Shown here piece by piece: positions 1-12,674 of a stretch of 64,000 bases of DNA. Location: NCBI RefSeq assembly GCF_028641065.1, contig NC_073387.1, positions 15,934,001-15,998,000 on the forward strand, written 5' to 3'. The notes beneath the pieces were generated by a model. It was not told the DNA's origin. It ran no database searches and was given only the letters and a program-made list of their open reading frames with translations. Position 1 is the first letter of the stretch; each line of letters begins with the position of its first letter. A program made the translations under genes and the position numbers. This DNA comes from Leucoraja erinacea. Its lineage: Eukaryota.

Positions 1-2290
1 TTCAGTCCCTTGCAAGGAAGACATAGGGACTGACGAGGTAGAGTCACTGTGGATTGAGTTGAGGAATTGTAAAGGCAAGAAGACACTAATTGGTGTTATC
101 TACAGACCCCCAAATAGTAGCCCGGATGTAGGGTGTAAGGAGTTAAAACTGGCATGTAACAAAGGTAATGCCACTATGGTGATGAGGGATTTCAATATGC
201 AGGTAGACTGGGAAAATCAGGTTGGTTCAGGACCCCAAGAAAGAGAGTTTGTAGAATGCCTCTGAGATGGATTCTTAGAGCAGCTTGTAATGGAGCCGAC
301 CAGAGAAAAGGCAATGCTGGATTTAATGTTGTCCAATGAACCAGATATGATAAGAGAATTTGAGGTAAAGGAACCGCTTGGAGGTAGTGATCATAATATG
401 ATTAGTTTTAATCTGCAATTTGAGAAGGAGAAGGTTAAATCGGCAGTGTCAGTAATGCAGTTGAACAAAGGGGTCTATGAAGGCATGAGAGGGAAGCTGG
501 CCAAGGTAGACTGGAAAGGGATCCAAGCAGGAATGACGGTGGAACAGCAATGGCAGGAATTTCCGGGCATACTCCGGAAGAATCAGGATCATTTCATTCC
601 ACAAAGGAAGAAAGATTCTTAGGGGAGTAGGAGGCAATCGTGGCTGACAAGAGAAGTTAGGAATAGAATAAAACTAAAAGAAAAGATGTATAACACAGCA
701 AAGAGTAGCCGGAAGCCAGAGGATTGGGAAACTTTCATAGGACAACAGAAGTAAACTAAACGGGTAATACGGCTGAAAAGATGACGTACGAGGAGAAGCT
801 GGCCAAGAATATAAAGATGACAGTAAAAGCTTCTTTAGATATGTTAAGGGAAAAAGAGTAGCAAAGTCAAAGTGGGTCCCTTGAAGGCAGACATGGGTGA
901 AATTATTATGGGCAACAAGGAAATGGCAGAAGAGTTGAATAGATACTTCGGATCTGTCTTCACTAACGAAGACACAAACAATCTCCCTATTGTGCTGGAG
1001 GACAGAGCATCTAAGGGGGTAGATGAACTGAAATAAATTTTAATTAGGCGAGAAATATTATTGGGTAGGCTAATGGGATTGAAGGATGATAAATCCCCTG
1101 GTGGTCTGATGGTCTGCATCCCAGGGTCCTCAGGGAGGTGGCTCTAGAAATAGTGGACGCATTGGTGATCATTTTCCAATGTTCAATAAATTCAAGATCA
1201 GTTCCTATGGATTGGAGGATAGCTAATGTTATCCCACTTTTCAAGAAAAGAGCAAGAGAGAAAACGGGGAATTACAGACCAGTTAGCCTGCCTTCGGTGG
1301 TGGGAAAGTCAATTATTAAAGAGGTAATAATGGGGTATTTGGATAGCAGTAAAAGGATTAGTCCAAGTCAACATGGATTTATGAAAGGGAAATCATGCTT
1401 GACTAATCTTTTGCAATTTTTTGAGGACAAGTAAGATGGATGAAGGGGTGCCAGTGGATGTAGCGTATGTAGACTTTCAGAAAGCCTTTGATAAGGTCCC
1501 GCACGGGAGACTGGTGACCAACATTAGAGCACATGGTATTGGATGTAGGGTGTTGACATGGATAGAAAATTGGTTGGCAGACCGGAAGCAAAGAGTAGGA
1601 GTGAACGGGTCCTTTTCAGAATGGCAGGCAGTGGCGCGTGGAGTGCCGCAAGGCTCGGTGATGGGGCCGCAACTGTTTACCAAATATATTAATGATTTGG
1701 AAGAGTGAATTAGGAGCAACACCAGCAAGTTTGTGGATGACACAAAGCTGGGTGGCAGTGTGAACTGTGCAGAGGATGTTAGGAGGTTGCAGGGTGACCT
1801 GGACAGGTTGAGTGAGTGGGCAGATGTGTGGCAGATGCAGTATAATATAGATAAATGTGAGGTTATCCACTTTGGTGGCAAAAACAAGGGGGCAGATTAT
1901 TATCTCAATGGGGTTAGGTTAGGTAAGGGGGAGGTGCAGCGAGACCTGGGCGTCCTTGTACACCGGTCACTGAAAGTGGGCTGACAGGTACAGCAGGCAG
2001 TGAAGAAAGCTAATGGAATGTAGGCCTTCATAACAAGAGGATTTCAGTATAGGAGTAAAGAGGTTCTTCTGCATTTGTATAGGGCTCTGGTGAGACCACA
2101 TCTGGAGTATTGTGTACAGTTTTGGTCTCCTAATTTGAGGAAGGACATCCTTGTGATTGAGGCGGTGCAGCGTAGGTTCACGAGATTGATCCCTGGGATG
2201 GTGGGACTGTCATATGAGGAAAGATTGAAAAGGCTAGGTTTGTACTCACTGGAGTTTAGAAGGTTGAGGGGGTTCTTATAGAAACATATA
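1..2290 (+). mobile_element. CR1 LINE (subfamily A) ORF2 remnant, 5' part; interrupted by a DIRS element and resuming at 11678
   Basis: Broken ORFs with APE motifs (VIYRPPN, DFN, GSDHNMI) and RT motifs ([33 protein letters not shown]); multiple stops and frameshifts. Confidence 0.93.
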
Positions 2291-2513
2291 TAATAGTAAG
2301 ATGAAATGAGAACTTACTAGTTTGATCTTTATTTTATGAGGAGTGACAATGAGCGATTACGCGAAGAAGGCCGTCAGAACGCATGCGCGTCAACTTTCAA
2401 AGCAGCGGTGTGAAATCACAGATAACAGTAGTTGAACTGAACATAGTAAGATTGGAGAGAACTACAACCTACCAGATGACCTTTATAATATGAGGGTGGG
2501 AGCGGTAGGCACA

Positions 2514-2620
2514 TAATCGCTCATCGTAACTCCGCATAAAATAAAGATAAAACTTCAAACTGGTAAGCTCGTTTAATCTTACTATTTTACTTCGGAGTCA
2601 CGTGAGTGACTACGTGAAGA
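2514..2620. repeat. DIRS internal complementary region (ICR)
   Basis: 2585-2620 is the exact reverse complement of 11642-11677 (36/36); 2514-2584 is an imperfect reverse complement of ~2293-2359. Confidence 0.88.
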
Positions 2621-4302
2621 TTTTAAAGCTGTGATTTCATGCCGTGTAAACGAGTCGACACAAGCACAACCGCAACCGTTGACCACAGATAAGGGAAACA
2701 TTCATAATGCATACAGACATGACATAGATTTGAAACATGCTGATGCTTTTGAAATGAACAAATAATAATTATAGCAACCCCTCTCTTCGGGGAGGAAACT
2801 ATAAAATAGAACCTAAGATAGAGTTGGCAAATACCCCTGGTCTGGCAATGGGTTACTATAAAATGTTTGGAGTTCATTTCTTAAACTATCCTGCAGCCGC
2901 TAGGATGTGGTCCAGCGGAACGTACAGAACCCTTGCTGCTGATGTTGTAGTAGCCCGGATGGAGTGAGATTAGAAAATATTAGAATCTACTCCTGCATGA
3001 GCCAAAACTCCCTTTTAACCACCTAGAGATGGTCTGAATTGATACCTTCTTATTAGGTTATTGTAACTACAAAATACTGCTAGTATCAAAGCCTGTAATG
3101 CTCTAGGTGACCTAACATATTGTAGTAAATGTGTGACCACACATAACCGTAGGTCCATAGGGTATGCCATGAGAATTGGTTCGAGACCTGACACCCCTGG
3201 GCTGGTCTGCTTAACTGAGTCATAAACATAAAATATTGTATTATTTGCAGATGTAACCATCCTGTCCAGTCGCAATTTATGTAGTGACTGGACCCGTTGC
3301 GCTATGACCAGCACCATGAGGATAGCCACCTTTAGAGAGCTGGGCCAAAGATGAGGATGTAGCTGGAGCCCCCTGTTGAAGTAGTGTTAACACAAAGTCA
3401 ATATCCCATACGTCCGTGTACTTGGGCCTGGGAGAACTTGTGTTAAAGATATCCTTTATAAACTGGATATCAGTGGGTGAGACCCAACCGTGTGGGTCCT
3501 GCTTGCTGTAGCAAATATGATGAGAAGGCACGTTTGGCACAGTAAATGGCACTATAACTTAATTTATTGTCAAATACCCATTTGAAAATGAACTCCACGA
3601 CGTCAGCAGTCCGTGCCGTATTATATGTAACATTAGCATTTAAAAAAAAACGCTTCCCATCTGCTGAAGAGGAAATGTAATGCTTTTTTGGGGCTATCCC
3701 TGCACTCTGCAGTGAGAACTTACCTGGATCGGTCTGAAAACCCGAGCCGCAGGAGCAGTTTACTCAGAATCTGCAAGTCAATAAATTGATTTTATCATGC
3801 AGAGGCTGGTTTCCCAAGCCACAGGCAGAACCAGCAAAGTTTTATGTTTAGAATAACCATATAAGTTTGTATTATTATTCCCGACGAATGCGGGAACCAT
3901 GGTTGCATAGGCCAGTCAGACAGTATGAAAGCCTGAAGCGGGATTGCTGACTTTATTGCAAGACCCGATTGATGAGGCAAAATGGAGAAAAGACATAAAA
4001 TAACTATCCTCCTCCGAGTAGCGAGAATGTATCTCTCGCCACTGTTATGCCCCATATTTTTGCAACTGGTGAATGAGCCTGGATGCAAACACATCGATAT
4101 TTGGTGTTCCATCGAGCCATAATTTCATAAAATACCTTGTGATCCAACACCCATTCTGTGTTGTCATTGATTTTACGTGATGATACACCAGTGCCAAATG
4201 AGATAAGGTAAATTATTGCAGGATACTATGACTTGATTGCACCCATATGACTAACATATGCCACCACCATAGTAGAGCATGCAGATTATTCGCACAATAA
4301 CC

Positions 4303-4713
4303 GTTTTTTTTAAAAATCAAAATCTTTTTATTTAGTTTTCAAGACATAACAAGGTGCAAAGTTGTCCATTTGTTACAGACAGAGTGTAGGAAAAGAATAA
4401 ATTAAAAAAAACTTATGCCAACATATAACAAGAAAACGACAATAAAAGAAAAATGAGATACCAAAAATAATCCCTCCCCAGTCACTGCCAGTGAGCAAAT
4501 ATCAGCCTGTCACAGCAATAATCCCCGATAAATGAATGGGTAGACTGTTAATGTTAAACTGTACTTGATGATCAATCATTTACAAAGCCTGGAATGCATT
4601 TAAAAAAGGTCCCCACGCTTTCTGAAACCTTCCATTTGAATGTTGAAGTGAGTACCTGATTTTCTCGAGCTTTAGGCAGGACATAATATCTGTCAGCCAT
4701 TGTGTATGAGTGG
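4303..4713 (-). mobile_element. 5'-truncated L1-clade LINE (ORF2 C-terminus, 3' UTR, polyA) inside the DIRS element
   Basis: Minus strand reads DIMSCLKLEKIRYSL...FQKAWGPFL; T-run at 4304-4311; 11-bp TSD gcacaataacc at 4292-4302 and 4714-4724. Confidence 0.8.
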
Positions 4714-5643
4714 GCACAATAACCCTTTAACCCATAGAATGCACCCAGTGTCTATAGGTAGTTGATACCAATAACTGAAGAATTGGTAACTCATGCAAAT
4801 CTTATTTGTCTCTGAACTAGAGATGGCATTCGTAATTTTCCATCTTTGAGCATTAGCAGCAGTTTGTGATATAACTGATGATTTACTGACCAAAACTACT
4901 GGAGCAATGCTGAATACTGTTTGTCCACCATTGTGACTTTGGTAGCTTCAGCTGGTAATATCATAGGTCAATGAACAATGGCCTACATGGCACTTGAGAG
5001 GTTTCTACTTTGCATGATGTAAGTTCTGATTATGCAAAAGCCCCACTTACACAGCTGAATCACAGCTACTATATTGCCAATTACACTTGATGAATAGAAA
5101 GCTGTTTTATAACAACAAGGTTGTTACAGGCTTCTATTAATTCCAATCTCTTGCCCCAGGGCGGAATCACAAGCAAATTAATAGTTAAAGGTAAATCCCA
5201 ATAATCAATAAGTCTAGTTGGTATCAACTTAAATTTAACTGGATGGATGAGGAACCCCAATTTCTCAAATATAGTTTAAGGCAGAAACAATTAATTTTAG
5301 CAAAATACAGTGTTAACATTTCATCCAGACAAGATATAACAAGTGTTTTTAAGCTCTGAGCAGTCCAAGTTACAAGATTTTAGTAAATAACTTGGGAGCT
5401 GAAGTTAGCCCATTTTGCAATGCTTTAACTGTTATCATTGCCTCATCCAGATAAATTTCAAATGTCCCCGGTGATCCCTGTGAATGGGAACTGAATAGAA
5501 TGTATCTTTGAGATCGAAGCATGCAAAAAAGATACTATTGAAATCAGTTGTTAGTCAGTAACGAAGTTTTCTATTCTGAAGTTTATGCTGCACATGCGAG
5601 TTAAACGACAACCTCCATCTTTCACAATGAACAGGTCACGCCT

Positions 5644-5740
5644 GCCACAATTCCGTGCCTGCCTCGAATGACAACTCTGGCCATAATTCTGAGCCTGCCT
5701 CGAAAGACAACTCTGGCCCCAATTCCAAGCCAGCTTGGAA
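5644..5740. repeat. 36-bp tandem repeat, about 2.7 copies
   Basis: Unit gccacaattccgtgcctgcctcgaatgacaactctg, with variant copies starting at 5644, 5680 and 5716. Confidence 0.75.
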
Positions 5741-7065
5741 CCCTAGTATTGTGCAGTTTAACGGTTAGATGCCACCAAGTGATGGCAATGCCTTAACCAT
5801 TTGTATGTTGTAAGGCCACTAGGGCCCCTTCCATCCTTATCAAGGGGAGTGCTTTCATACAACACATAAACTAATCACGTGTTATCATTATCATTTGTAC
5901 AAAAAACAAGTGTAAATATTACCAACTTGTAAGTGGTTCACATACCCCATGTTTTGGAAGTGCCAGACCTGCCTTCCTGCATGGTTACCTTGGTTGGAGA
6001 GTAGGACTGGTAGGGTGCGTGGATTCCATATTTTTCCTGAGACCGACTTGGGCCTTTGCTTAAAAGGCCTCTGCCCAGCTTTCACGCTGCCACCAGCTTC
6101 AGTGAACCGCTTACTGCCGATGGAGGTGTGGGGTGTGTTGTCACCGAAACGATGAAGCTTTGCTCGTCGTTGGTACCTTGATTGGTCTGACAACTTTTCT
6201 TTCCTCATCCAGGTCTTACCTGTTGAATAGGTCTTACCTGAAGAGAAGATTTGGCGGCTCCTCTAATGTCACCCCTGATAGCACTGTTCACTGCCGGCAC
6301 TTTTAGCGTGAGGGGAACTCTGGCCCCTTCCAGGTATTCTGCCAATGGCTGGTAACCGACTTTTCTGGCAGCAACACCTTCGTTTGCGAGGATTGCCTTG
6401 AAGACATGCGCATGTGCTCCAGTATGACATACTTTAGAATTTAAAGTCAGTTACACACTGACCACTTGCACTCCCCTCCACAGAGAGGAAGGTTGGTAGG
6501 CAGCCCTGAAACAGGTGCTGCCGCAGGCCCCTGAGGATACCTGCACTGATATGGCCCCTCCTACGGACCTATACCAGGATGGGACATCACATTTGTGAGA
6601 TAAACGCCCGAGGGCGCTATCCATGCTCCATTTTACCCATAGCTCATGAGTCAGAAAACTGACCTGAATGCTCCCCTTCGCAGAGAGGGAGACATTGTGC
6701 AGCCCTGTAACAGGTGCCGCTGCCGCAGGCTCCTGAGGAGTCCCGGAATGATAGCTCCCTTCTTTGTACTGCCGTAGATTTGGGAGGAACAACAGCAGCA
6801 ACAGATTAGCAAGAGATACCACTGATTGGCTCTAGCCCAAGTGTGAGGGGAGGGGTGAAAACAGTTGAAAACTGAGGAAATGGCTGTGTAAATTGGTAAA
6901 TCAGGCAATTTATCAGTCAATTTAAGCAGGACAGGTCTTTGCGAGCGGCAGTGAGTGAGCGGCCTAGTGAGGGAAGTGCCCTGTGAGAAAAGTGTGAGTC
7001 TTTGGCTCGAGAGTCTTCGGAGAGGAGACCACGCAATACGCTTGAGAGGGAGACGAAAGAAGGAG

Positions 7066-7983
7066 ATGTCAGGCAAGCTGATTCAGTGCGATGCTTGCAG
7101 TATGTGGGAGGTTAAGGACACCGCTGGTGCCTCTGGCTGCTACAAATGCGAAAAATGCATCCAGGTAGAGCTCCTGAAGGGCCGTGTTGGGGAACTGGAG
7201 AAGCAAGTGGATGACCTCCGGTTCGTAGGAGAAACGGAGTCGTTCCTCGACAAGTCCTACAGTACGATTGTTACACCTAAGGTACTGGAAGAGAGAAGGT
7301 GGGAGACAGTGAGAAAGGGAGGGAAGCATGGAATGCCAACGTCCCCGGGTGATGTACCTCTTGTAAACAGGTTCATCCGTTTAGAAGCTGTTGGGACAGA
7401 AGACGTGAGCGGTGGACTGGCCTGTGATGCGAATAGGGCTGTTGAGACAAAACCAAAAAGGCCTAAGGCAGGCAAGGCCATTGTAGTGGGAGACTCCATC
7501 GTAAGAGGTACGGACAGGGGTTTCTGCGGCAACAGACGGGATGCGAGGATGGTGTGCTGCCTTCCCGGTGCCAGGATCCAGGATGTCACGGACAGAGTGC
7601 AGAAAATCCTCAAGGGCGACGGTGAACATCCGGAAGTGGTTGTGCATGTCGGCACAAACGATGTCGGAAAGAAGGGGATGAATATTCTGCAACGTGACTT
7701 TAGAGAGCTCGGAAAAATGTTGAAAAGCAGGACCTCCAGGGTTGTTATCTCCGGTTTGCTTCCAGTTCCCCGTGCTGGCGAGAGCAGGAACAGGGAGATA
7801 CGGGACCTGAACGTGTGGCTGAGGATCTGGTGCACGGGGCAGGGATTTAGATTCTTAGATCACTGGGATCTGTTTTGGGGTAAGGGGGAACTGTACAAAA
7901 GGGACGGATTGCATCTTAACAGGTGTGGGACCAGCATTCTGGCAGGCAAGTTTGCCACTGCTACACGGGTGGCTTTAAACTGA
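7066..7983 (+). CDS. CR1 ORF1p: zinc finger/leucine zipper plus SGNH esterase domain, intact (305 aa from ATG 7066)
   Basis: CDAC...CEKC, heptad leucines, and SGNH blocks GDSIVR, HVGTND and DGLHLN. Confidence 0.9.
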   Translation: MSGKLIQCDACSMWEVKDTAGASGCYKCEKCIQVELLKGRVGELEKQVDDLRFVGETESFLDKSYSTIVTPKVLEERRWETVRKGGKHGMPTSPGDVPLVNRFIRLEAVGTEDVSGGLACDANRAVETKPKRPKAGKAIVVGDSIVRGTDRGFCGNRRDARMVCCLPGARIQDVTDRVQKILKGDGEHPEVVVHVGTNDVGKKGMNILQRDFRELGKMLKSRTSRVVISGLLPVPRAGESRNREIRDLNVWLRIWCTGQGFRFLDHWDLFWGKGELYKRDGLHLNRCGTSILAGKFATATRVALN

Positions 7984-7999
7984 ATAAGGGGGGGGGGGT

Positions 8000-10900
8000 G
8001 TTGAATGGGACAGTGGAGGATGGAGTTAAAGGGAAAGGGTTTCTTAAATGTGTGAGCGTAGAGACCGAAGGGTGTAAAATGAGGGTAGAAGAAATAGGTA
8101 GCAAGGTGAAAAGTAAAAGTGGCAGGCAGACAAAACCAGGGCAAAAATCAAAAAGGGCCACTTTTCAACATAATTGTGTAAGGGGTAAGAGTGTTGTAAA
8201 AACAAGCCTGAAGGCTTTGTGTCTCAATGCAAGGAGCATTCGTAATAAGGTGGATGAGTTGAATGTGCAGATAGCTATTAATGACTATGATATAGTTGGG
8301 ATCACGGAGACATGGCTCCAGGGTGACCAAGGCTGGGAGCTGAACATCCAGGGATATTCAATATTCAGGAGGGATAGACAGAAAGGAAAAGGAGGTGGGG
8401 TAGCGTTACTGATTAGATAGGGGATTAATGCAATGGAAAGGAAGGACATTAGTTTGGAGGATGTGGAATCGGTATGGGTAGAGCTGCACAACACTAAGGG
8501 GCAGAAAACGCTGGTGGGTGTTGTGTACAGGCCACCTAACAGTAGTAGTGAAGTTGGAGATGGTATCAAACAGGAAATTAGAAATGCGTGCGACAAAGGC
8601 AAAACGGTTATAATGGGTGACTTCAATCTACATATAGATTGGGTGAATCAAATTGGCAGGGGTGCTGAGGAAGAGGATTTCTTGGAATGTATGCAGGATA
8701 GTTATCTAAATCAACATGTAGAGGAACCAACGAGAGAGCAGGCTATTTTAGACTGGGTATTGAGTAATGAGGAAGGGTTAGTTAGCAATCTTGTTGTACG
8801 TGCCCCCTTGGGCAAGAGTGACCATAATATGGTTGAGTTCTTCATTAGGATGGAGAGTGACATTGTTAATTCAGAAACAATGGTTCTGAACTTAAAGAAA
8901 GGTAACTTTGAGGGTATGAGACGTGAATTGGCCAAGATTGACTGGCAATTAATTCTAAAAGGGTTGACGGTGGATATGCAATGGAAGACATATAAAGACT
9001 GCATGGATGAACTACAAAAATTGTTTATCCCAGTTTGGCAAAAGAATAAATCAGGGAAGGTAGTACATCCATGGATAACAAGGGAAATCAGGGATAGTAT
9101 CAAAGCGAAGGATGATGCGTACAAATTAGCCAGAAAAAGCAGCATACCGGAGGACTTGGATAAATTCAAAGACCAGCAGAGGAGGACAAAGGGCTTAATT
9201 AGGAAAGGAAAAATAGATTATGAAAGAAAACTGGCAGGGAACATAAAAACTGACTGCAAAAGTTTTTATAGATATGTGAAAAGAAAGAGATTAGTTAAAA
9301 CAAATGTAGGTCCCTTGCAGTCAGAAACAGGGGAGTTGATCATGGGGAACAAGGATATGGCGGACCAATTGAATAACTACTTTGGTTCCGTCTTCACTAA
9401 GGAAGACATAAATAATTTGCCGGAAATAGCAGGGGACCGCGGGTCAAAGGAGTTGGAGGAATTGAGTGAAATCCAGGTTAGCCGGGAAGTGGTGTTGGGT
9501 AAATTGAATGGATTAAAGGCCGATAAATCCCCAGGGCCAGATAGGCTGCATCCCAGAGTACTTAAGGAATTAGCTCCAGAAATAGTGGGTGCATTAGTAA
9601 TAATCTTTCAAAACTCTTTAGATTCTGGAGTAGTTCCTGAAGATTGGCGGGTAGCAAACGTAACCCCACTTTTTAAGAAGGGAGGGAGAGAGAAAATGGG
9701 GAATTACAGACCAGTTAGTCTAACTTCGGTAGTGGGGAAACTGCTAGAGTCAGTTATTAAAGATGGGATAGCAGCACATTTGGAAAGTGGTGAAATCATT
9801 GGACAAAGTCAGCATGGATTTACGAAAGGTAAATCATGTCTGACGAATCTTATAGAATTTTTCGAGGATGTAACTAGTAGCGTGGATAGGGGAGAACCAG
9901 TGGATGTGGTGTATCTGGACTTCCAGAAGGCTTTCGACAAGGTCCCAGATAAGAAATTAGTATACAAACTTAAAGCACAAGGCATTGGGGGTTCAGTATT
10001 GATGTGGATAGAGAACTGGCTGGCAAACAGGAAGCAAAGAGTAGGAGTAAACGGGTCCTTTTCACAATGGCAGGCAGTGACTAGTGGGGTACCCCAAGGC
10101 TCAGTACTGGGACCCCAGGTATTTACAATATATATTAATGATCTGGATGAGGGAATTGATGGCAATATCTCCATGTTTGCGGATGACACTAAGCTGGGGG
10201 GCAGTGTTAGCTGTGAGGAGGATGCTAGGAGACTGCAGGGTGACTTGGATAGGCTGGGTGAGTGGGCAAATGTTTGGCAGATGCAGTATAATGTGGATAA
10301 ATGTGAGGTTATCCATTTTGGTGGCAAAAAAAAAACAGGAAAGCAGACTATTATCTAAATGGTGGCCGATTGGGAAAGGGGGAGATGCAGCGAGACCTGG
10401 GTGTCATGGTACACCAGTCATTGAAGGTAGGCATGCAGGTGCAGCAGGCAGTAAAGAAAGCGAATGGTATGTTAGCTTTCATTGCAAAAGGATTTGAGTA
10501 TAGGAGCAGAGAGGTTCTACTGCAGTTGTACAGGGTCTTGGTGAGACCACACCTGGAGTATTGCGTACAGTTTTGGTCTCCAAATCAGAGGAAGGACATT
10601 ATTGCCATAGAGGGAGCGCAGAGACGGTTCACCAGACTGATTCCTGGGATGTCAGGACTGTCTTATGAAGAAAGACTGGATAGACTTGGTTTATACTCTC
10701 TAGAATTTAGAAGATTGAGAGGGGATCTTATAGAAACTTACAAAATTCTGAAGGGGTTGGACAGGCTAGATGCAGGAAGATTGTTCCCGATGTTAGGGAA
10801 GTCCAGGACAAGGGGTCACAGCTTAAGGATAAAGGGGAAATCCTTTAAAACCGAGATGAGAAGAACTTTTTTCACGCAGAGAGTGGTGAATCTCTGGAAC

Positions 10901-11020
10901 TCTCTGCCACAGAGGGTAGTTGAGGCCACTTCATTGGCTATATTTAAGAGGGAGTTAGATGTGGCCCTTGTGGCTAAGGGGATCAGGGGGTATGGAGAGA
11001 AGGCAGGTACGGGATACTGA
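8000..11020 (+). pseudogene. CR1 ORF2p (APE endonuclease + reverse transcriptase) with two lesions; start approximate
   Basis: CLNARSI, GITETW, GDFN, SDHN, QGSVLGP, FADDTKL; premature TAG at 8418-8420 (GAG in the copy near 45970) and a frameshift in the A-run at 10326-10335. Confidence 0.92.
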
Positions 11021-11677
11021 GTTGGATGATCAGCCATGATCATATTGAATGGCGGTGCAGGCTCGAAGGGCCGAATGGCCTACTCCTGCACCTAATTTCT
11101 ATGTTTCTATATCATTGTGGAGCAAACTCTCCATTAGGTGCTCTATGTGGGTTAGACGTCCGAAGACACTACCCATTCAAGGAGAGGAACCCTCATGGCC
11201 TGACTTGCCCGAGTCCATAGGCCTGACCGGCATTGTTGGTTTTACCCCCTTTCAAGGGTACCACAGCAGTCTGGGAGCCGCTGATCACACTGTCAGCGAC
11301 TGGTGTGACTTCTCCTGGATTTACCCCCTCCACGGGAACCACAGCATCTGGGAACCGCTGACCGCATGTCTGGGACTGGGGTAACGAACCCGCACTTCCG
11401 CGGTCCGGACCAGAATCCACCCACGGCCCAAAACTTCCCGCAGCCCGTCCGGACTTCGCTCCGAAAATATCCAGCAGGAAACCTCTGTAAAAAGAGGTTC
11501 CTGCAAGAAAAAACAGAACCTGGTAAGGAATACAAAACTTACCTGCAGGTTTAAACTTACCGCTGGCAGGAGAGACGTGCCTGCCAGTCAGTCGTTGCAT
11601 AATGCGTCTGCGTAATTGACGCGCATGCGTTCTGACGACCCTCTTCACGTAGTCACTCACGTGACTCCGAAGTAAAA

Positions 11678-12040
11678 TTATAAAAGGACTGGACAAGCTA
11701 GATGCAGGAAAAATGTTCCCAATGTGGGGCGAGTCCAGAACCAGGGGCCACAGCCTTAGAAAAAAGGGGAGGTCATTTAAGACTGAGGTGAGAAAAAACT
11801 TTTCCCAGAACGTTGTGAATTTATGGAATTCCCTGCCACAGAGGGCAGTGGAGGCCAAGCCACTGGATGGATATAAGAGAGAGTTAGATAGAGCTCTAGG
11901 GGCTAGTGGAGTCAAGGGATATAGGGAGAAGGCAGGCACGGGTTATTGATAGGGGATGATCAGCCATGATCATGATGAATGGCGGTGCTGGCTCAAAGTG
12001 CCGAATGTCCTCCTCCTGCACCTATTTTCTATGTTTCTAT
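11678..12040 (+). mobile_element. 3' end of the CR1 (subfamily A) that starts upstream of position 1
   Basis: Continues the sequence interrupted at 2290 (compare uninterrupted gaaacatataaaattataaaaggact near 48875); ends in tttctatgtttctat. Confidence 0.9.
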
Positions 12041-12401
12041 ATGCTGCTTGCAGAGTAACCTGTTACAACAATAGTGGTCACTATTCTGAACGTCTCACTC
12101 AGATGCTCCTCAAATAATGTCCATATTCCTCTTTTCCACCGGAAGTTGCTGATTAATCTTTGGAGTCATCTTGAAATATGAAAAAGCCTACAATTCATGG
12201 AGGGTGTTGTGTCCAGCACTGTGGGTAGTGGGAGCATTGTGGGAAGTGGTGTTTTTTCTCAAAGTTGGTGTTCTCAACGTTGGTGCAAAAGCTTGTCAGT
12301 GATCCTTTGGATTAGTTCTACAGGCATCAGGGTTTAAAAAAAAACATTGGGCAGAAACTCCTGCTGTTGTTTTTCTTATCAGTGAATTTCTTGTTTCCCA
12401 G

Positions 12402-12674
12402 CTGAACAATCTAATGCAGCGACTGAGGGAGACAACGTTACCCTGACCTGCTCTGTGTCAAAGGTCACTAAGTCAATGAGACTTGTTTGCATCAATGGTG
12501 ATGGCAAAATAGTGGGAGAGAAAATTTCCAAGGAGCCAAGGCAGGAAGAGACATCTTTACAGCTGATCATTCCAAAAGCTGTTGCAGACAAAAGGAATCA
12601 TCGCTGCGGTTTGTTTCTTCAAAATACTCCCAAGGTTTTAATTCCATATGGTCTGAATGCATTGCAATCCAATG
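12402..12674 (+). CDS. Gene A exon: membrane-proximal C2-like Ig domain of an ITIM-bearing IgSF receptor
   Basis: Acceptor ttgtttcccag, donor g|gtaagt, phase 1/1; reads EQSNAATEGDNVTLTCSVS...SLQLII...NHRCGLF; paralogous to 51208-51468. Confidence 0.88.

Larger units (their letters stand above)
6823..11109 (+). mobile_element. Near-full-length CR1 LINE (subfamily B), young, nested in the DIRS gag region; 5' boundary approximate
   Basis: 5' UTR, ORF1, ORF2 and 3' UTR ending in the 8-bp repeat atttctatgtttctat. Confidence 0.93.
2292..11677 (-). mobile_element. DIRS-like tyrosine-recombinase retrotransposon (degenerate, both termini present), carrying nested L1 and CR1 insertions
   Basis: Minus-strand remnants of gag (~6100-6450), RT (DLKDTFYSVPIH ~5450-5520) and YR (FNTSSPRPKYTDVWD, AQRVQSL, RLCVV ~3015-3550); inverted repeat 2372-2393 vs 11616-11637 (22/22); internal complementary region 2514-2620. 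Confidence 0.9.

Noticed and set aside
5644-5740. 36-bp repeats as a CRISPR-like array
   Set aside because: Head-to-tail copies without spacers in a eukaryotic transposon context
7257-10327. Antisense ORFs over CR1 (also over other CR1 copies)
   Set aside because: Recurring shadow frames of CR1 ORF1/ORF2 with no independent coding signal
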